A DNA stretch of 64,000 bases, from contig OY253670.1 in assembly GCA_958009085.1 (NCBI GenBank), forward strand, positions 1,612,001-1,676,000, in the 5' to 3' direction. Below the pieces are notes generated by a model. It was not told the origin of the DNA. It ran no database searches and was given only the letters and a program-made list of their open reading frames with translations. Positions 50,207-62,718 of the stretch are shown here, in pieces. The position numbers and the translations under genes were made by a program. Every line of letters starts with the position of its first letter. The first letter of the stretch is position 1. This DNA comes from Protoeuglena noctilucae (taxonomy: Eukaryota).

Positions 50207-50576
50207 GTGCAGACAGGGTCCGCGTTGCCCCGAGACGAGCATCGTGCCGCACCCTTTTTTGCGACTAGGGGGCCCTTCCCTATTTTTTCACAGGGCCCCA
50301 GTTTCAGCCCCGACCTTTTCCTCTGAGTCCCTCCCTTTCATATGGCGCGCAAAAGTACGTCACTGCACCCTAGCATGCTTGTCAGTGGCGGCTCGCCCCA
50401 GGCGGGCACCGCGGGGACGGGCGTCCGCTCGTCTTCCGGCCCCCGCCCTCCTCCGACACGCCAGTAATCGCGCCGATTCCACATCCTCGCTGTTAATTGA
50501 CGCGTTTTATCTCGCTGAAGAGACTGTGAGAGCACAGGGACGCGCGCATCGCCCGCTCGGCCCTCTCCTGCCCAGC

Positions 50577-53500
50577 ATGGTGGAAATCGTCGAGCTGACC
50601 GGCCCGGACGCCGGGAGCGTCACTAAGCATGGCGCCGCAGTCGAGCGAGAGATCCAGGAGGAGATCGCGCGGCTGAAAGCCGAGGTCAAGGCGCAGCGAG
50701 ACCGGGCACTGGCCCGGGAGCAAGAGGACTTCTACGCCGACCCGGAGAACCGTCGAGGCATCCGGATCACGGAGAAGGATGTCCCGGTGTACGCCAAGGT
50801 CGTGCACACGACCCTGCAGTATCGGTCAGCCGCGGGGAGGCGCGCGGCTGCCTTGTTGACGCTCCTCCGGCCTGCCACTCTCGCCCCGCGCGATGCCTGT
50901 TCCCCCGCGACCGCCCCCCAGGAACGGCGATTCTTATTCCGGGGAGGTCCTCGCGGGGATATACAGGCACGGGAAGGGCACGCACGTCTGCGCCAAAGGG
51001 GACAAGTACGAAGGCTCGTGGCACTACGACCGTCGGCATGGGCGCGGCAGGTGGGAGGCGGAGTCGAGCAGCGGTGTGCGATGTGGCATCGCTGGAGTGA
51101 CTGCGACGCAGCTGCGTCCTTGCCGCATGCGAGCGCGCCCCATGCCACAGCACCTGCCACAGTGTCCAGACACGCACTCACCTGGTTATGCGCTCATGCC
51201 TGCGAAGCTGATGCCTCCACCCATCGCAGGATGGAGTTTGCGCGTGGCCTGATCTACGACGGCGACTGGGCGGATGACCAGGCTCAGGGGCACGCCATGT
51301 GTCAGTACGAGAACGGCACCGTCTACAAGGTGAGAGCGAGAGATCCGTGAAGGGGTGAGATCGAGGCAGGCTCGCAGGGCAGGGACAGCAGACGAGTGGT
51401 ACTTTGCCATGGTGATGCTGGCATGACACCGGGCGATGTGCGTTAAATGCATGGCACATGGCCACATGGCCACCACATGCTGGCCTTGCACGGGTAGCCA
51501 TCGCTTTGCGGCTGCAGGGGGAGTTCGCCAGCGACGTCCGCTGCGGTTGGGGCCGTGCCACGATGCCCGACGGGTCGTGGTACGAGGGGGAGTGGGACCG
51601 GGACCGCATGCACGGGCAGGGCGCCTTAACTCACGCGGATGGGTCTTACTTCGAGGGGACCTTCCGAGAGGTGAGGGGATGTAGCAAACAAACATATGTG
51701 AAGTTTTGATGTGGTGATGCGTGGTCAGCATGGCAATTGAAAGATGATGCGTGTGCATGCACCGCACTCGTCTGTCGGTGTTGCCAAGGGTCTCATCTGC
51801 CCCCCTGCAGGGCCAGCGTGTCCAGGGTCGCTTCGTGCATGCCGGGCAGGGCGCAGAGTACGTGGGCGAGTTCGCCCAGGGAGACCGTGAGGGCCATGGT
51901 GCCATGACGGTGGAGGGGCAGTGGCGATACGTGGGGGAGTGGCGGGGAGGGCTCAGGCACGGGAGGGGCACGTGCATGTACGCGGATGGGGCCACGTATG
52001 AGGGCATGTGGGCGGAGGACGTGCGGTGCGGGGAGGGGGTGCTGGTGGAGCCGAGGGGGCTCAAGTGAGCGGGCGTGCGTGGTGGAACAGTGCGGGCATG
52101 CTGACTGCGTAGAGGCATGTGTGAGTGTGGGGTTGGGACTGGCAGCTATGCTAATATGACCCTTTCTTCCTGTTGCAGGTACGAGGGGACGTTCGCAGAC
52201 GACGTGCCCCACGGGCAGGGGTGCATGGTGCTGCCGACGGGGGACAAGTACCGGGGGCAGGTGCAGAGGTGAGGAGTGCACGGTGATGGGGGCACATGCA
52301 GAGGTGAGGGGTCGTGTGGGCAGTCACTGTCAGTGGCCACTCCACTCCCACTCGTCATCCCCGTCAGCTCTCTGCTTTCGCAGGGGCCTCCCCCACGGCC
52401 GAGGGCAGGGGGTGGGTGCGGACGGGGAGGCTTACGACGGCGAGTGGGTGGGGGGACAGCGAGAGGGGCGTGGCACGTGCCGGTACGCCAGCGGCGATGT
52501 CTACGAGGGCGAGTGGGCCGGGGGCAAGCGTCATGGGCGGGGCGTGTGTCGCTTTGCGGACGGCGTGACCTTCCGGGGTCTCTGGGAGGGCGACCTGTGG
52601 GTGCAGGCGGGGGCGGATGCGGAGCGGAGTGAGGCGGAGGGGGCGGGGCTGGGAAGGGCGGTGGCGGGGGAGACGGCTGCGTTCCGAGTGCAGGTGCGGA
52701 GAGGCTGGACTAAGCACGGCTGCATGGCTTAGATCACTTTCTCTTTAGACATCCGTGACAGGATGTGCATGGCACAATCACCCGGTGCCTGTCCTGCGCC
52801 GCCCCAGGCCAGGGACCCCGAGGGCAACCCCCGACTGACGGGGGGCGATGCGGTGGAGGCGACGCTGCTGGGCCCCGGGGGTGTCAGGGAGTCAGTGACC
52901 GTGGCGGACAGTGGGGACGGGAGCTACGCGTGCACGTACCTGGTGCGGCGTGCGGGGTCGTGGCAGCTGCGCGTGGAGGTGTCGGGGGAGGAGATGGCCG
53001 GGTCGCCATTCACGGTCCGCGTTGCACCGGGTGCCCCGTGCGTCAAGGCAAGGGGTGGGGGTAGCTGTGGGCGAGCTGTCTGTTTGCAGCGCACTCGTAA
53101 TCATGCTTCCAACCAGCCATCACCCACGCCTGTGTCGCAGAAGAGCGTGCTGGTGGGGGAGGGCCGCCGGTCCGCGCACGTGGGCGTCCCCACCCGGGTC
53201 TTCCTGGAGATGCGGGATGGGTTTGGCAACGCATGTGGACCCGATCATTTCTGTGACTTGGCTGCGGTCTCGGCGGAGCTGGTGTCCCACGCCGACCTCG
53301 TCACAGCCGGTGAGGAAGGGAGGGGTGCGACTTGCAAGATGCCAGTCGATGAGCCACCAGTTGCATGGCTGCAACTCACCTCTCATTAATCGGTATCCAC
53401 TAACATCCACCCACCTTTTCCGCACTCAGAGGCGGCCCTGGAGTCTGAGGGCCGCGTCTCTCTGACCTACGCCCTCCCCTGCCCCGGCATGTACCGCCTG

Positions 53501-54099
53501 ACGGTGGCTGTGGGGGGCGTGGTGGTGCCGGGGTGCCCTTACTCGGTGTCAGGGCAGCTGCCTGGGGTGGTAGGAGACGAGGCGAGGGAGGGGGCGGGAG
53601 AGAGCGAATCAGTGGGACAGGGGAGCGAGGGGCAAGGAGCAAGCGAGGCCGTGGCAGTGGCAGTGGGGGATGGGAAGGGAGAGGGTCAGGCTGCGGCAGG
53701 CGTGGAGGATGTGGCGGGTCGGTGGGCGCGCATCGCCGAGGCGGAGTTTGCGAGGGACGGGGACGCGCGCGGCTGGGAGAGCGAGGAGGAGGGGGAGCGA
53801 CTGACGGCGCAGGAGCGGTACGCGAGGGACCACCCGGGGGTGCCCGTGGTGGAGAACCTGGAGGACATGTGGATGCTGACCAAGTACCAGGTGAGGGGGG
53901 CAGACGAACAGGTGTGGGACTGTGGGGTTCTCGTGACAGCTGCGAGACTGATGACCTCTGCCTGCCTCTCTCGTCACAGAATGAGGTGAAGGCGAGGGAG
54001 GAGGCCCAGGCGCGTGCCAGGCAGGAGGCCAGGCAGAGGCGCAGGCAGGGCATCCGCGCCACGCTGGCTGCCAAGTACGCGGGGGGTGCGGGGGCGTGA
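50577..54099 (+). CDS. MORN-repeat protein with filamin-type Ig domains
   Basis: Many Y.G.W....R.G.G repeats; ARDPEGNPRLTGGD...DSGDGSYACTY....G...L.V.......GSPFTV. Confidence 0.88.
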
Positions 54100-54326
54100 G
54101 TGTAACTGCCAGGGCAGCGAGCGCGTCGCTTTCAACAACAGCGGGGCGTCGATGGGGACGCCAGTCGCATGAGCCATGCCGGATGAGTGGCGCTAGGGCA
54201 CTACGAGGGCGGCGATGCTTGGCATGCCTATTGAACAACAGCTGCCTCCTTCCCACCTCTGCCGCCACACCCACGGCCTCTCCTCAATTCACACCTTGGC
54301 AACCACGCCCATGGCCTCTCCTCTCC

Positions 54327-57300
54327 TCACACCTTGGCCGTCTTGGGCCTCACGGGCGTCCCCTTGGGCCCCGCGCCCGGCCCCTTGGAGCTGGGTCGCT
54401 TGGCGGGGGAGGGCGCGGCAGCGATGGCCGCCTTGGAGCTCGTGGGGCGGCCCACGGTGGTGCTGTTCACCTGGGGACAGCCGCGAAGGGGTAGTGGGTC
54501 TCGCAAATGCACACTAAGCACACTAAGCACACAGCCCACGCCTCCCCATCTGCTGGAAGCACACAAGCCCACGCACACACACACCGCCCCAGCCACCGCC
54601 CCCCCCCTCGCCTTGGCCGCGAACTCCATGGAGCACTTGGTCTCCTGGGCCGACCGCACGGCCGGGCTGACGTTGACGAACATGAGCGTCTTGGCCTCCC
54701 CCTCCAGCGCTGGCTTGAGGAGCCAGGTGAGCTTGGAGGAGCGGTAGTTGACGTGGGCGCGCCCGTTCTGCGCCCGCGCCACCATCTGCTGGAAGCACGT
54801 CTTGACCGCCGACAGGGAGGCGTTAATGGACACGGCCTCGCCCCGGCGCTCCCCCTCGGCCAGCGAGTCCTTGAGGCGCTCGCTGCCCGCCAGGTCCACC
54901 ATGTTGAGGCTGCTCTTGAACCGCACGCCCAGCTCGTCGTTGCGGCCCTCGATCCACAGCACGAACACGCTGTGCGACCGCGACGACCGCTCGTTCATGG
55001 CCGTGGCCGCCACGCTCCGCTGCGCCATGGCCCGCTCCACCAGCGCCTGCACTTCCCCCTCCGACGCCACCTCCACCACCGCGCAGTTGGTCAGCGTGGT
55101 GTCCTTGTCGAACTCGTCGTGCTGCACCTCGATGCGCTCCCCCTTGCGGCCGTGCGGGTCCCCCAGCAGGTCCCGGTACTCCTCCATGTAGATCTCCAGC
55201 ATGGAGACACGCATGCGGTACTCCCAGCCCTGCAGGCGCAGGGACTCGCTCTGCCGGAACACCTGGGCCATGGCCCTGGGGGATGGGGGGGGAGGGCAGC
55301 GAGTCAGCTATGCATATCTCTATCCAGTCTCCCTGTCATGACTGCCTCCCTGATAGCTACTTTTCATGTCTCGTCCCATCTCATCCCCTCTATCCCGCAT
55401 CCCTCCACGACCCCCCCAGGTCCCACCTGGGGATGGTGCCCGGGTCCTCCGGCGTCCCCATCATGGTGTGCGTCTTGCCAGACCCCGTCTGCCCGTACGC
55501 GAACACGCACACGCGGTACCCGTCCAGCGCTGACTGCACCAGCTGAGACATCTCCTCGAACACCGCCTCCTGGGACGCCCCGGGGCGGAAGACGCGGTCG
55601 AAGCAGAACTCGTGGCGCTGCTCGCGGTCGTTCCTGATGACAAGGGGGTGGGGGGAGGGCGGTCGCGCTCAGTGCCACGACTTGCGTGCCCCTGCTTCAC
55701 GGCAGCAACCCTCTCTCACTACACATGCCTCAACGACGCTCATCCCCCTCATCCCCCACCTGGTATACTTGAGCTCCAGCGCCGTGTCCCTCCTCTCCAT
55801 GTCCTCGTAGTAATCCACCGCGCACTCCTCCGAGTCCCCCGCGCCGTCCCCCGCCCCCTCGGCGTGCAGGGGGCGCACGCGGCAGAAGACGCGGATGTTG
55901 CCGCGCAGGTCCTGGATGACGTTGTGCAGGCGGCGGCGGTGCGTCTCGGCCTCCTGGAGACTGCGGGGGGCAGGCGCGCAGGGACACGGGGTGAGGGCCG
56001 TGGCAGGTCACGCAGTCCGGCAGGCAAGGGGCGCCAGGGGACCCCTCACCTCTTGCGCAGGGTGTGGGTCTGCTGCTCCAGGTCCCTGCACCTCGACTGC
56101 AGCGTCGCCGTCCCCTCCTCGCTGCGCACCGCCGCCTCCCGGCTCATCCGCGACTGCGCCGTCAGCACCTCCACCTCCCGGCGCAGGCTGGCGATCAGCT
56201 GTGCCTGGTCGCCGGACGTGCTCTGCAGCTCCTGGCGCTTCCGACGCAGCTCCGCCAGCTCCTCCTCCAGCGACCGGTACATGCCTGCGGGTGGGGCAAA
56301 GCAGCGCTACTGGGTTGGGTGGGCGGCACTGAATAGAGGCCAGCGTGGCGCTTTCTCCAAAGATCTCCCTCCCTCACCTTGCCACCGCTGCAGCTCCTCC
56401 GTGGCCGCCGCCAGCTCCCCCGCCAGCCTCTCCCGCTCCGTGGTCGCCTCGTGCAGCTCCCGCATCTGCGTCTGCGCCTCCCCACGTGCGCGCTGAAGGG
56501 AGGCCTCCAGGGACGCGGCGCGCTCCTGGGCCTCGGCGGCGGCCGCGGACAGAGCCTCGCGGTCGCGGCGGGCAGTCTCACGGACCACCTGCGGGGGTGG
56601 CGGGGCAAGGCATGGAGCGGGTCTGTGTCTCGCCCTTCCCTCGACGCTCCCGGGGTTGCCCCCGCCGCTTCTCACCTCCCTCTCCGCCCGCGCCTCATCC
56701 GCCGCCCGCTGCGCCGCCCCCAGCTCCTCCCTCAGCCGCCGCGCCTCATCCCCCGCGCGCTCGGCTGCCGCCCGCGCTTCGGCCGCCGCGCCGCGCAGGT
56801 CCGCCGCCTGGCACTGCGACTGGTGGAGCTGCTCCTCCAGGGATGCGCGCTGGGACTGCGGGGGGCGCCGAACGGTGTGTCGCTTCACACACACCTGCGC
56901 ATCTGCGCACACCTGCGCACCCATCCCAGCCTGTTAGGCATCTTCCCAACCCGCGCTCGTCCCTCACCGCGTGGGCCTCCCTCGCCGCCCCCAGCCGCTC
57001 CTCCGCCGCCTCCGCCCGCTGCCGCAGGGACCCCAGGTCGCCCTCGGCCGCGGCGCGCCTCTTCTCCGCCTCCTCCGCCCGCACCCGCATCGCCGCGGCC
57101 TCCTCTCCCGCCACCGCCGCCCGCGACCGCGCCTCGGCCGCCTCCTCCACCGCCGCCGCCGCCCTCGCCCTCGCCCCCGCCTCCTGCTCCTCCACCCGGC
57201 GCGCGTGCTCCTGCACGCTGCGGGCCAGCTCCTGCGCCCGGTCCGCCACGCCGCGCGCCTGCCGCGCCTCCTCCCTCTCTGCGGCCGCCTCCTCCCGGGC

Positions 57301-58507
57301 AGCCAGCGCCTCGGCCGCCCGCTCGCGCAGGGACACCTCTAGCTCCGACTGAGGGCAGGGACAGGGGCAGGGTTAGCCACACGGTCACGGCATGCCTTGA
57401 CATCCGCAGTTGCGAGTATGGCCAGCATGGCACGCACAGGGCACACCGTGTCACCCCTGCCTTCTGCAGGATTTCCAGGGAGTGCACCCACGCCCCCTCA
57501 CCTGCCGGGCCCGCGCCTCGTCCGCCGCTTTCTGCGCCGCCCTCTCCCGCTCCTCCGCCTCCCCCAGCCGCCCCCTCGCCGCGTCCAGCGCCTCCTGCCT
57601 CGCCTCCGCGTCCGCCTGCGCCTGGTCAGCTGTGGCCTGGAGCGCCGCCACACGAGCCTGGAGCACCACCACCTCGCCCTGCAGGGGGAGGACACGAGCA
57701 ATCCGGCACCCCCGCGTGCTGCCAGACAACCCCTGCACTGCCAAGCCTTGCCTTTCATGCGCTGCCTCACCTCCAGGCGGGTGACGGTGGCGCGGCTGGC
57801 CTCCCCCGCGCGCTCCAGCTCGGCCCTCAGCCACCGCACGCACGCCCGCGTCTTCTTCAGCAGCGGCATCGCCTGCGCCAGCTTGTCCTTGTGGTCGAAC
57901 TTCTTCCCCGTCACCTTGGCCGCCAGCAGGTCGTCCACGGTGAGGCCCTCCACGCGGGAGATCTGCGGGGGAAGCGCGGGGTTGTCAGCAGTGCGCAGCG
58001 CAGTGCGCAGTCAGGGGCCCCGCCACGCCGCGGCCCTCGCCTCCAGCCACTCGTCCGCCACCGCCGCGCCGTTCACGGGCGCGTCCTCGCACGACGTCGT
58101 GTGGACCACCGCCGCGCTTCTCTTCGGCGCGGGGGGCTTCAGAGGCGTCGACTGCGTGTTAGGTACCGGCTCCTTCCGCTTCTGGCCGGGCGAGGCCGCG
58201 GGTCCCGGGGCCTGCAAGAGCGGAAGTGACGGGCTCCGTCGCGTCAGGTGAAGCGCTGAAAACCGGCACGGCCGCTTGAACCGCTTGCTAGGGCGATCGA
58301 CATGCCGCGAAACGGTCGACATGCGGCCCGGGACGCGCCCTGCCGGGTGCGGGGCGAGGGCACCCCCGTTGTTGCCCCGGGGCGCCCCGGGCCGGTCACG
58401 TCAAGCAGCCATCCGGGATTCCAGCGAGACCAGCAACTCACGTTTTCATCTTTTTCACCGAGCACCACCTCGGTGGGCTGCTGAAGGCGCGAGCGCCGCG
58501 GCAGCAT
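54327..58507 (-). CDS. Kinesin-14 (C-terminal motor; NCD/KIFC1/ATK-like)
   Basis: Long coiled coil, neck [49 protein letters not shown]. Confidence 0.95.
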
Positions 58508-59111
58508 CGTCGGCTGCCCCCAAAATCGAATTCCGCACGATGGGGGGCGATGCTATCGCTGTTCTGGAAGTGCCGAGTGGTTATGCGGCTGGAGACCCGG
58601 GAAGAGCGCGGAAAGCAAGTCCGTTGGCTCGGGTAGGTCACTTGCACCATGACCAGGGTTGCCCAAGCGCCGCATCCACGACACGGCATCCGCAAAACGC
58701 ATCATGTTCATGTGAAGGGTATGTGTATGATACCACAGGACGTGTCCGACGCCTGATTGTGGAGAACCGGGAGCAGCCCCACTCCATCCAAGGTCACGCA
58801 GGCCTCTCGTGGTGCCCGGTCCATCTCGGCGACCTGAACTAGGAGTCTGCAAGCGAGACATAACCATAAATTCGCCTCGCTTACACGGCGGCACCTATAT
58901 CCCCGCAATTGCAAGCGACTGAGGGTCGGGGCAAAGGGCGAGTGGCGTGCGCGTGCTCGCGTCAGCTGAGCGCTCGTTTGGCGACGTCGTGGTATGTGCG
59001 AGGACATACTCCATGCGATGTTACCTCCGGCTCATCCGTAAGTGCTCTCGCCCGCAGGCGTCGCCCGCCCGGCGACCAAACGGCGGGCACTCTGTTGCAG
59101 CCGCGCGCGCG

Positions 59112-61020
59112 ATGGAGGAGGACGAGGAGTGCGAAGGATTCCGCGTTGAGTACGAGGACAGCTCGAGCGTCCGATCGGGGGCGGCGCGCGATGGCGGAAG
59201 GCGCTCCGCCGCAGGTGCCCAGCCTGCCCCGCCTGCCCTGCCTATGCACGTGCTTGTATCCGCCCGTGCCCCCCGCCTCATGCCCCCGCCCGCCCCCTCC
59301 GCGCCTGCAGGAGCCCTGCGGCCGCGCCGCGCTGCCCCCTCGCCCCTCGAGGGTTTACCCAGCAGCCAGGAGGACCCCCGCCCCTTCCCCGCGCCTGCCC
59401 CGGGCTTCCCCGCCCCCGAGGACCTCCTGGCCCACGCGAGGGGCATCCTGGAGGGACTGCAGGGGGAGGAGCCTCCCGGCGGCACCCCGGACGTCGCCCC
59501 TGCGGCGCCATCCACGCGTGAGACGGGGGTGCATGCGGTGGAGGGGCGGTCAGAGAGCAAGCGCCCTGTCCCGCCGGCACTGACTCGCGTGGCGGCGGCG
59601 ACGGTGACGGCAGCGCCAGGGTCGCCGCGACACGAGCCCCCGCCCCAGACGCCTCAGCCCGGCACGCGCTCTGCCCCCGGTGAGCGTGGACGCAGTGGTG
59701 GCGTGTAGCAGAGAGTGCTGCACAGGTATGAGTGTGTTCTCTGTGCGGGATGCTTTTCCCCCCTTTCTCCACGCAGCCGTGCAGCCCCGCCCCCCACCAA
59801 CCACCCGTGGCGGCCGCAAGCGCAAGGCTCCCCAGGAGCACCCCCTCTACGGGAACCCCAGGGCGGGGAGGGGCAGAGGCGAGTCGGCCAACGCGTCACT
59901 TGTTTGCCTGTCACATACCCCCTGCTCCCTATCCCACATGCCTCTCCCCCACCCCAGGCCGCTCCCCACGACAGACGGGGTCGCCCCCGGGGTTCTCCAT
60001 CCGACGCCCAGCAGCGCCCGTGCCACCCGGCGCCCCCGCCACTGTGGCCGCGGCCCTGCGCGCGGCGGCGGCGTCCCCTGCCGGGGGAGCGGGTGCGGGC
60101 GGGGCGGGTGTCGTGGGCCGAGCCACGGCGGTGCAGCGAATGATAGAGGGGGCGGGCGGTGGATGGGACGGGGGTGCCGACGAGGTGGAGGGGGGCCTGG
60201 CAGCTGAGGAGGACGTGGGGCGAGGGCAGGCGCACACCCCAGACACGGCCGCTGCCCCGGCCGGGGGTGCGGGGGCACCCTCTGCCATGCGACACTTCCT
60301 GCGGGTGCGATGGCCAGCATGCGCATGGAAGCGACACCTGTTCGTCGCATACAGCCTCGATCTGTGACCCTGCGCTCCCCTCCCCCAGGTCATTGGCGAA
60401 CAGGCCGGCCCCTCGGCCGCCCCACCCGCGCCCCGCCGTGCGCGTGGGCCGGCGAGGGGAGGCGGCCCGGGGTCGCTGGTGCAGCAGATGCGGCACGCCA
60501 TCGAGAGGGCAGGGCGAGGGGACGGTGACCGCCTGCCCCACCTCTGTTGTTGCTGCCGCTGCCTTTGTCGCACTCGCACCCCATGCCCCACCCTGCCCCG
60601 CCTCTGCCTCTGCCCCCAGGGTCACCTCCCCCCGCCCCTCTCCCCGCCGCCCCCCGCGTCCGCGTCCTCTCCGCCACCCGGGCCCTGGGAGTGTGGCTCC
60701 TGGCGTGCGTGGGGGAGTCGGGGGCCGCCCCTGCCGAGGCCGACCTGGGTGCCCCCGGCATGGAGCCCGGCAGCGCGGCCCTGGGGGAGCTGCCGCTGGG
60801 GGCCAGCATGGCGCCTGCCAGGCCATCGCCGGGGTGGGAGGGCGGGGCCTCGTGGGGCGCCGAGGGGCGCGGGTGCGCGGTGGTGGTGCTGGATGCGGTG
60901 GGGGACGCCGCGGGGGTGGCGCCGGGGGCGCGGCTGGAGCTGCGGGGGCCGCTGTGCGTGGCGCGGGGGGAGGGCGAGGACCCGCCCGTGCTGCTGGCGC
61001 TGGCGGCAGTGTGCGTCTGA
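59112..61020 (+). CDS. Hypothetical protein, disordered N-terminus and possible C-terminal OB-like beta domain
   Basis: ATG 59112, GT-AG introns, final exon VRVLSATRALGVWLLAC...VAPGARLELRGPLCV. Confidence 0.5.
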
Positions 61021-61106
61021 CGCAGTCGCACGCAGGACAGCGCAGGGGTGTCTGTGCTTGACACAGTCGCATTCAAGCAGGGTCGGGCAATGCAGACATC
61101 TACGCG

Positions 61107-62718
61107 TCAGTTGAGGGCGTCCCCCTCGCTGGGCCTCGCCATGCGCCCCGCCACGCTGATGCTCGCGGGCTGGGCCGACAGCACCAGCCCCTCCCCCTCG
61201 GCCCCCTCCTTCCCCCGCCTCCCCCGCGCCTCCCTCCCCGCCGACACGCGCGTGGCCGTGGCAGCTGCAGTCGCATTCGCCCCCGAGGCCGCCACTGCGT
61301 TCAGGTCCTCTGCGGCAGCCCTGGCCGTCACGTCCTGGAGGGTGCGGGAGAGGGCCTCGAAGAAGCAGAAGAACACGGCGGAGTTGATGCCGTTGGAGAT
61401 GGCACGGGGGCCAATGCCTGGGGGATGGGGGTAGGACAATGGGCGTAAGACTGTCAACTGCGCTGGCATGGCAAGGCGTGGCAAGGGGGTGGTTGCCGGG
61501 TCGCCATGGCCCTTATGTCTTACCTCGGAGGAACGCGCCGGCACCCCCCTGGCTCCACACGTTGGCCGCCGCCTGCACCATGCCCGGCCGCTGCGAGGCG
61601 TTGACCATCATGTTGGTCTTGACCACGTCCAGTGGGGTGGTGGCCGCGGCGGCAAAGGCACCCGCCACGGCGCCCATCGCGAAGTCCTCCTGTGGCGACG
61701 CCTGGCGCCCCTTGACCCTCCGGTGCAGCTGACGCTGTGGAGGCGAGAGAGAGGCATGCGATGAGCACGTGCCAGTCCATGCCATGCATGCTTGTGCATA
61801 CTATGCGTACCACCGCACATCTCGCCCCCTGGTCTCACCAGGCTCTCGTAGGCTGCGAATTTGAATGCCATGTCCGGGATGTCCTCCAGCAGCGTGGGCA
61901 CGAACCCCGTGAAGAGGCCCCGGGGCCCCACCGCGCGGAGGATGGACGAGGCGGCGTGACCGGCGCTGGGGTAGCGCCCCGCCTGCACGCTCCGGATGCA
62001 CACCGCGATCGGCACCTTGACGAAGGAGCTGCCGGCCGCGGCGGCCGCCCCCGCCACGAACGCCACGGCCCAGGCGGGGGCGGAGGAGAAGGCACGGCTG
62101 AGGGCGTTGTGCGCCGCGCCGTAACAGGCGAAGTAGGCCCCGATGGCGATCCCCGCGCCGGACGCCGCCCCCACCACCCCAGAGTAGAGGGACGCCACGC
62201 GGGGGAGGGCGCGGCCCAGGGCGTCGCGCACACCTGCCCCGGCCAGGGGCGGGGTGACGAGCTGCGGGACCTTGGAGGAGCCGGCGCTGGAGCCGGACTG
62301 CATGCGGACCTTGATGGTGTCGATGGGGTGGATGGTCGACTGGGACGCCGCCCGCGCCAGGGCACCCGCCAGCACATCCGACGCGGGCTTCTCCCCGCTG
62401 CGTGGAGGGGGCAGGGGGCGGTGAGCGGGGCGGGGCTGGGGCGGACCCACCCGGTGCGGCGTCAGCTGACGGGGCATCGTGCGCTCACCTGGCCGGCGAC
62501 GGGGTGCCCGCCTTGGCGTCCGCGGCAGCCGTGGCGGTCATCGCCGCGAGCGCCGCCCCTCTTCGCCGCCTGCGCCCCCCCGGCAGGACGCTGCGCCGGG
62601 CGCGGTCCAGGTGGCTGGCGAGGGCCGAGAGGGGGCCCGGGCTGGCCTCACAACTGCCGCCCCGGGAGGCGAGGGGCGTGAGCGCTCCCCCGGCGTCGGA
62701 AGCGGCAGTCCTCCCCAT
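61107..62718 (-). CDS. Mitochondrial carrier family protein, SAM-carrier-like (start uncertain)
   Basis: HPIDTIKVRMQ; GLFTGFVPTLLEDIP; TTPLDVVKT; GIGPRA. Confidence 0.9.

Noticed and set aside
6823..61109. Nearly all host genes end in TGA, raising possible TAA/TAG reassignment
   Set aside because: I found no in-frame TAR inside conserved exons, one gene plausibly ends in TAG (36612), and TGA bias is expected at high GC.
7000..62500. Introner-type intron-generating transposons
   Set aside because: I saw no shared sequence or terminal inverted repeats between different introns; the similarity is to each intron's own flanks. An all-vs-all intron BLAST would be decisive.
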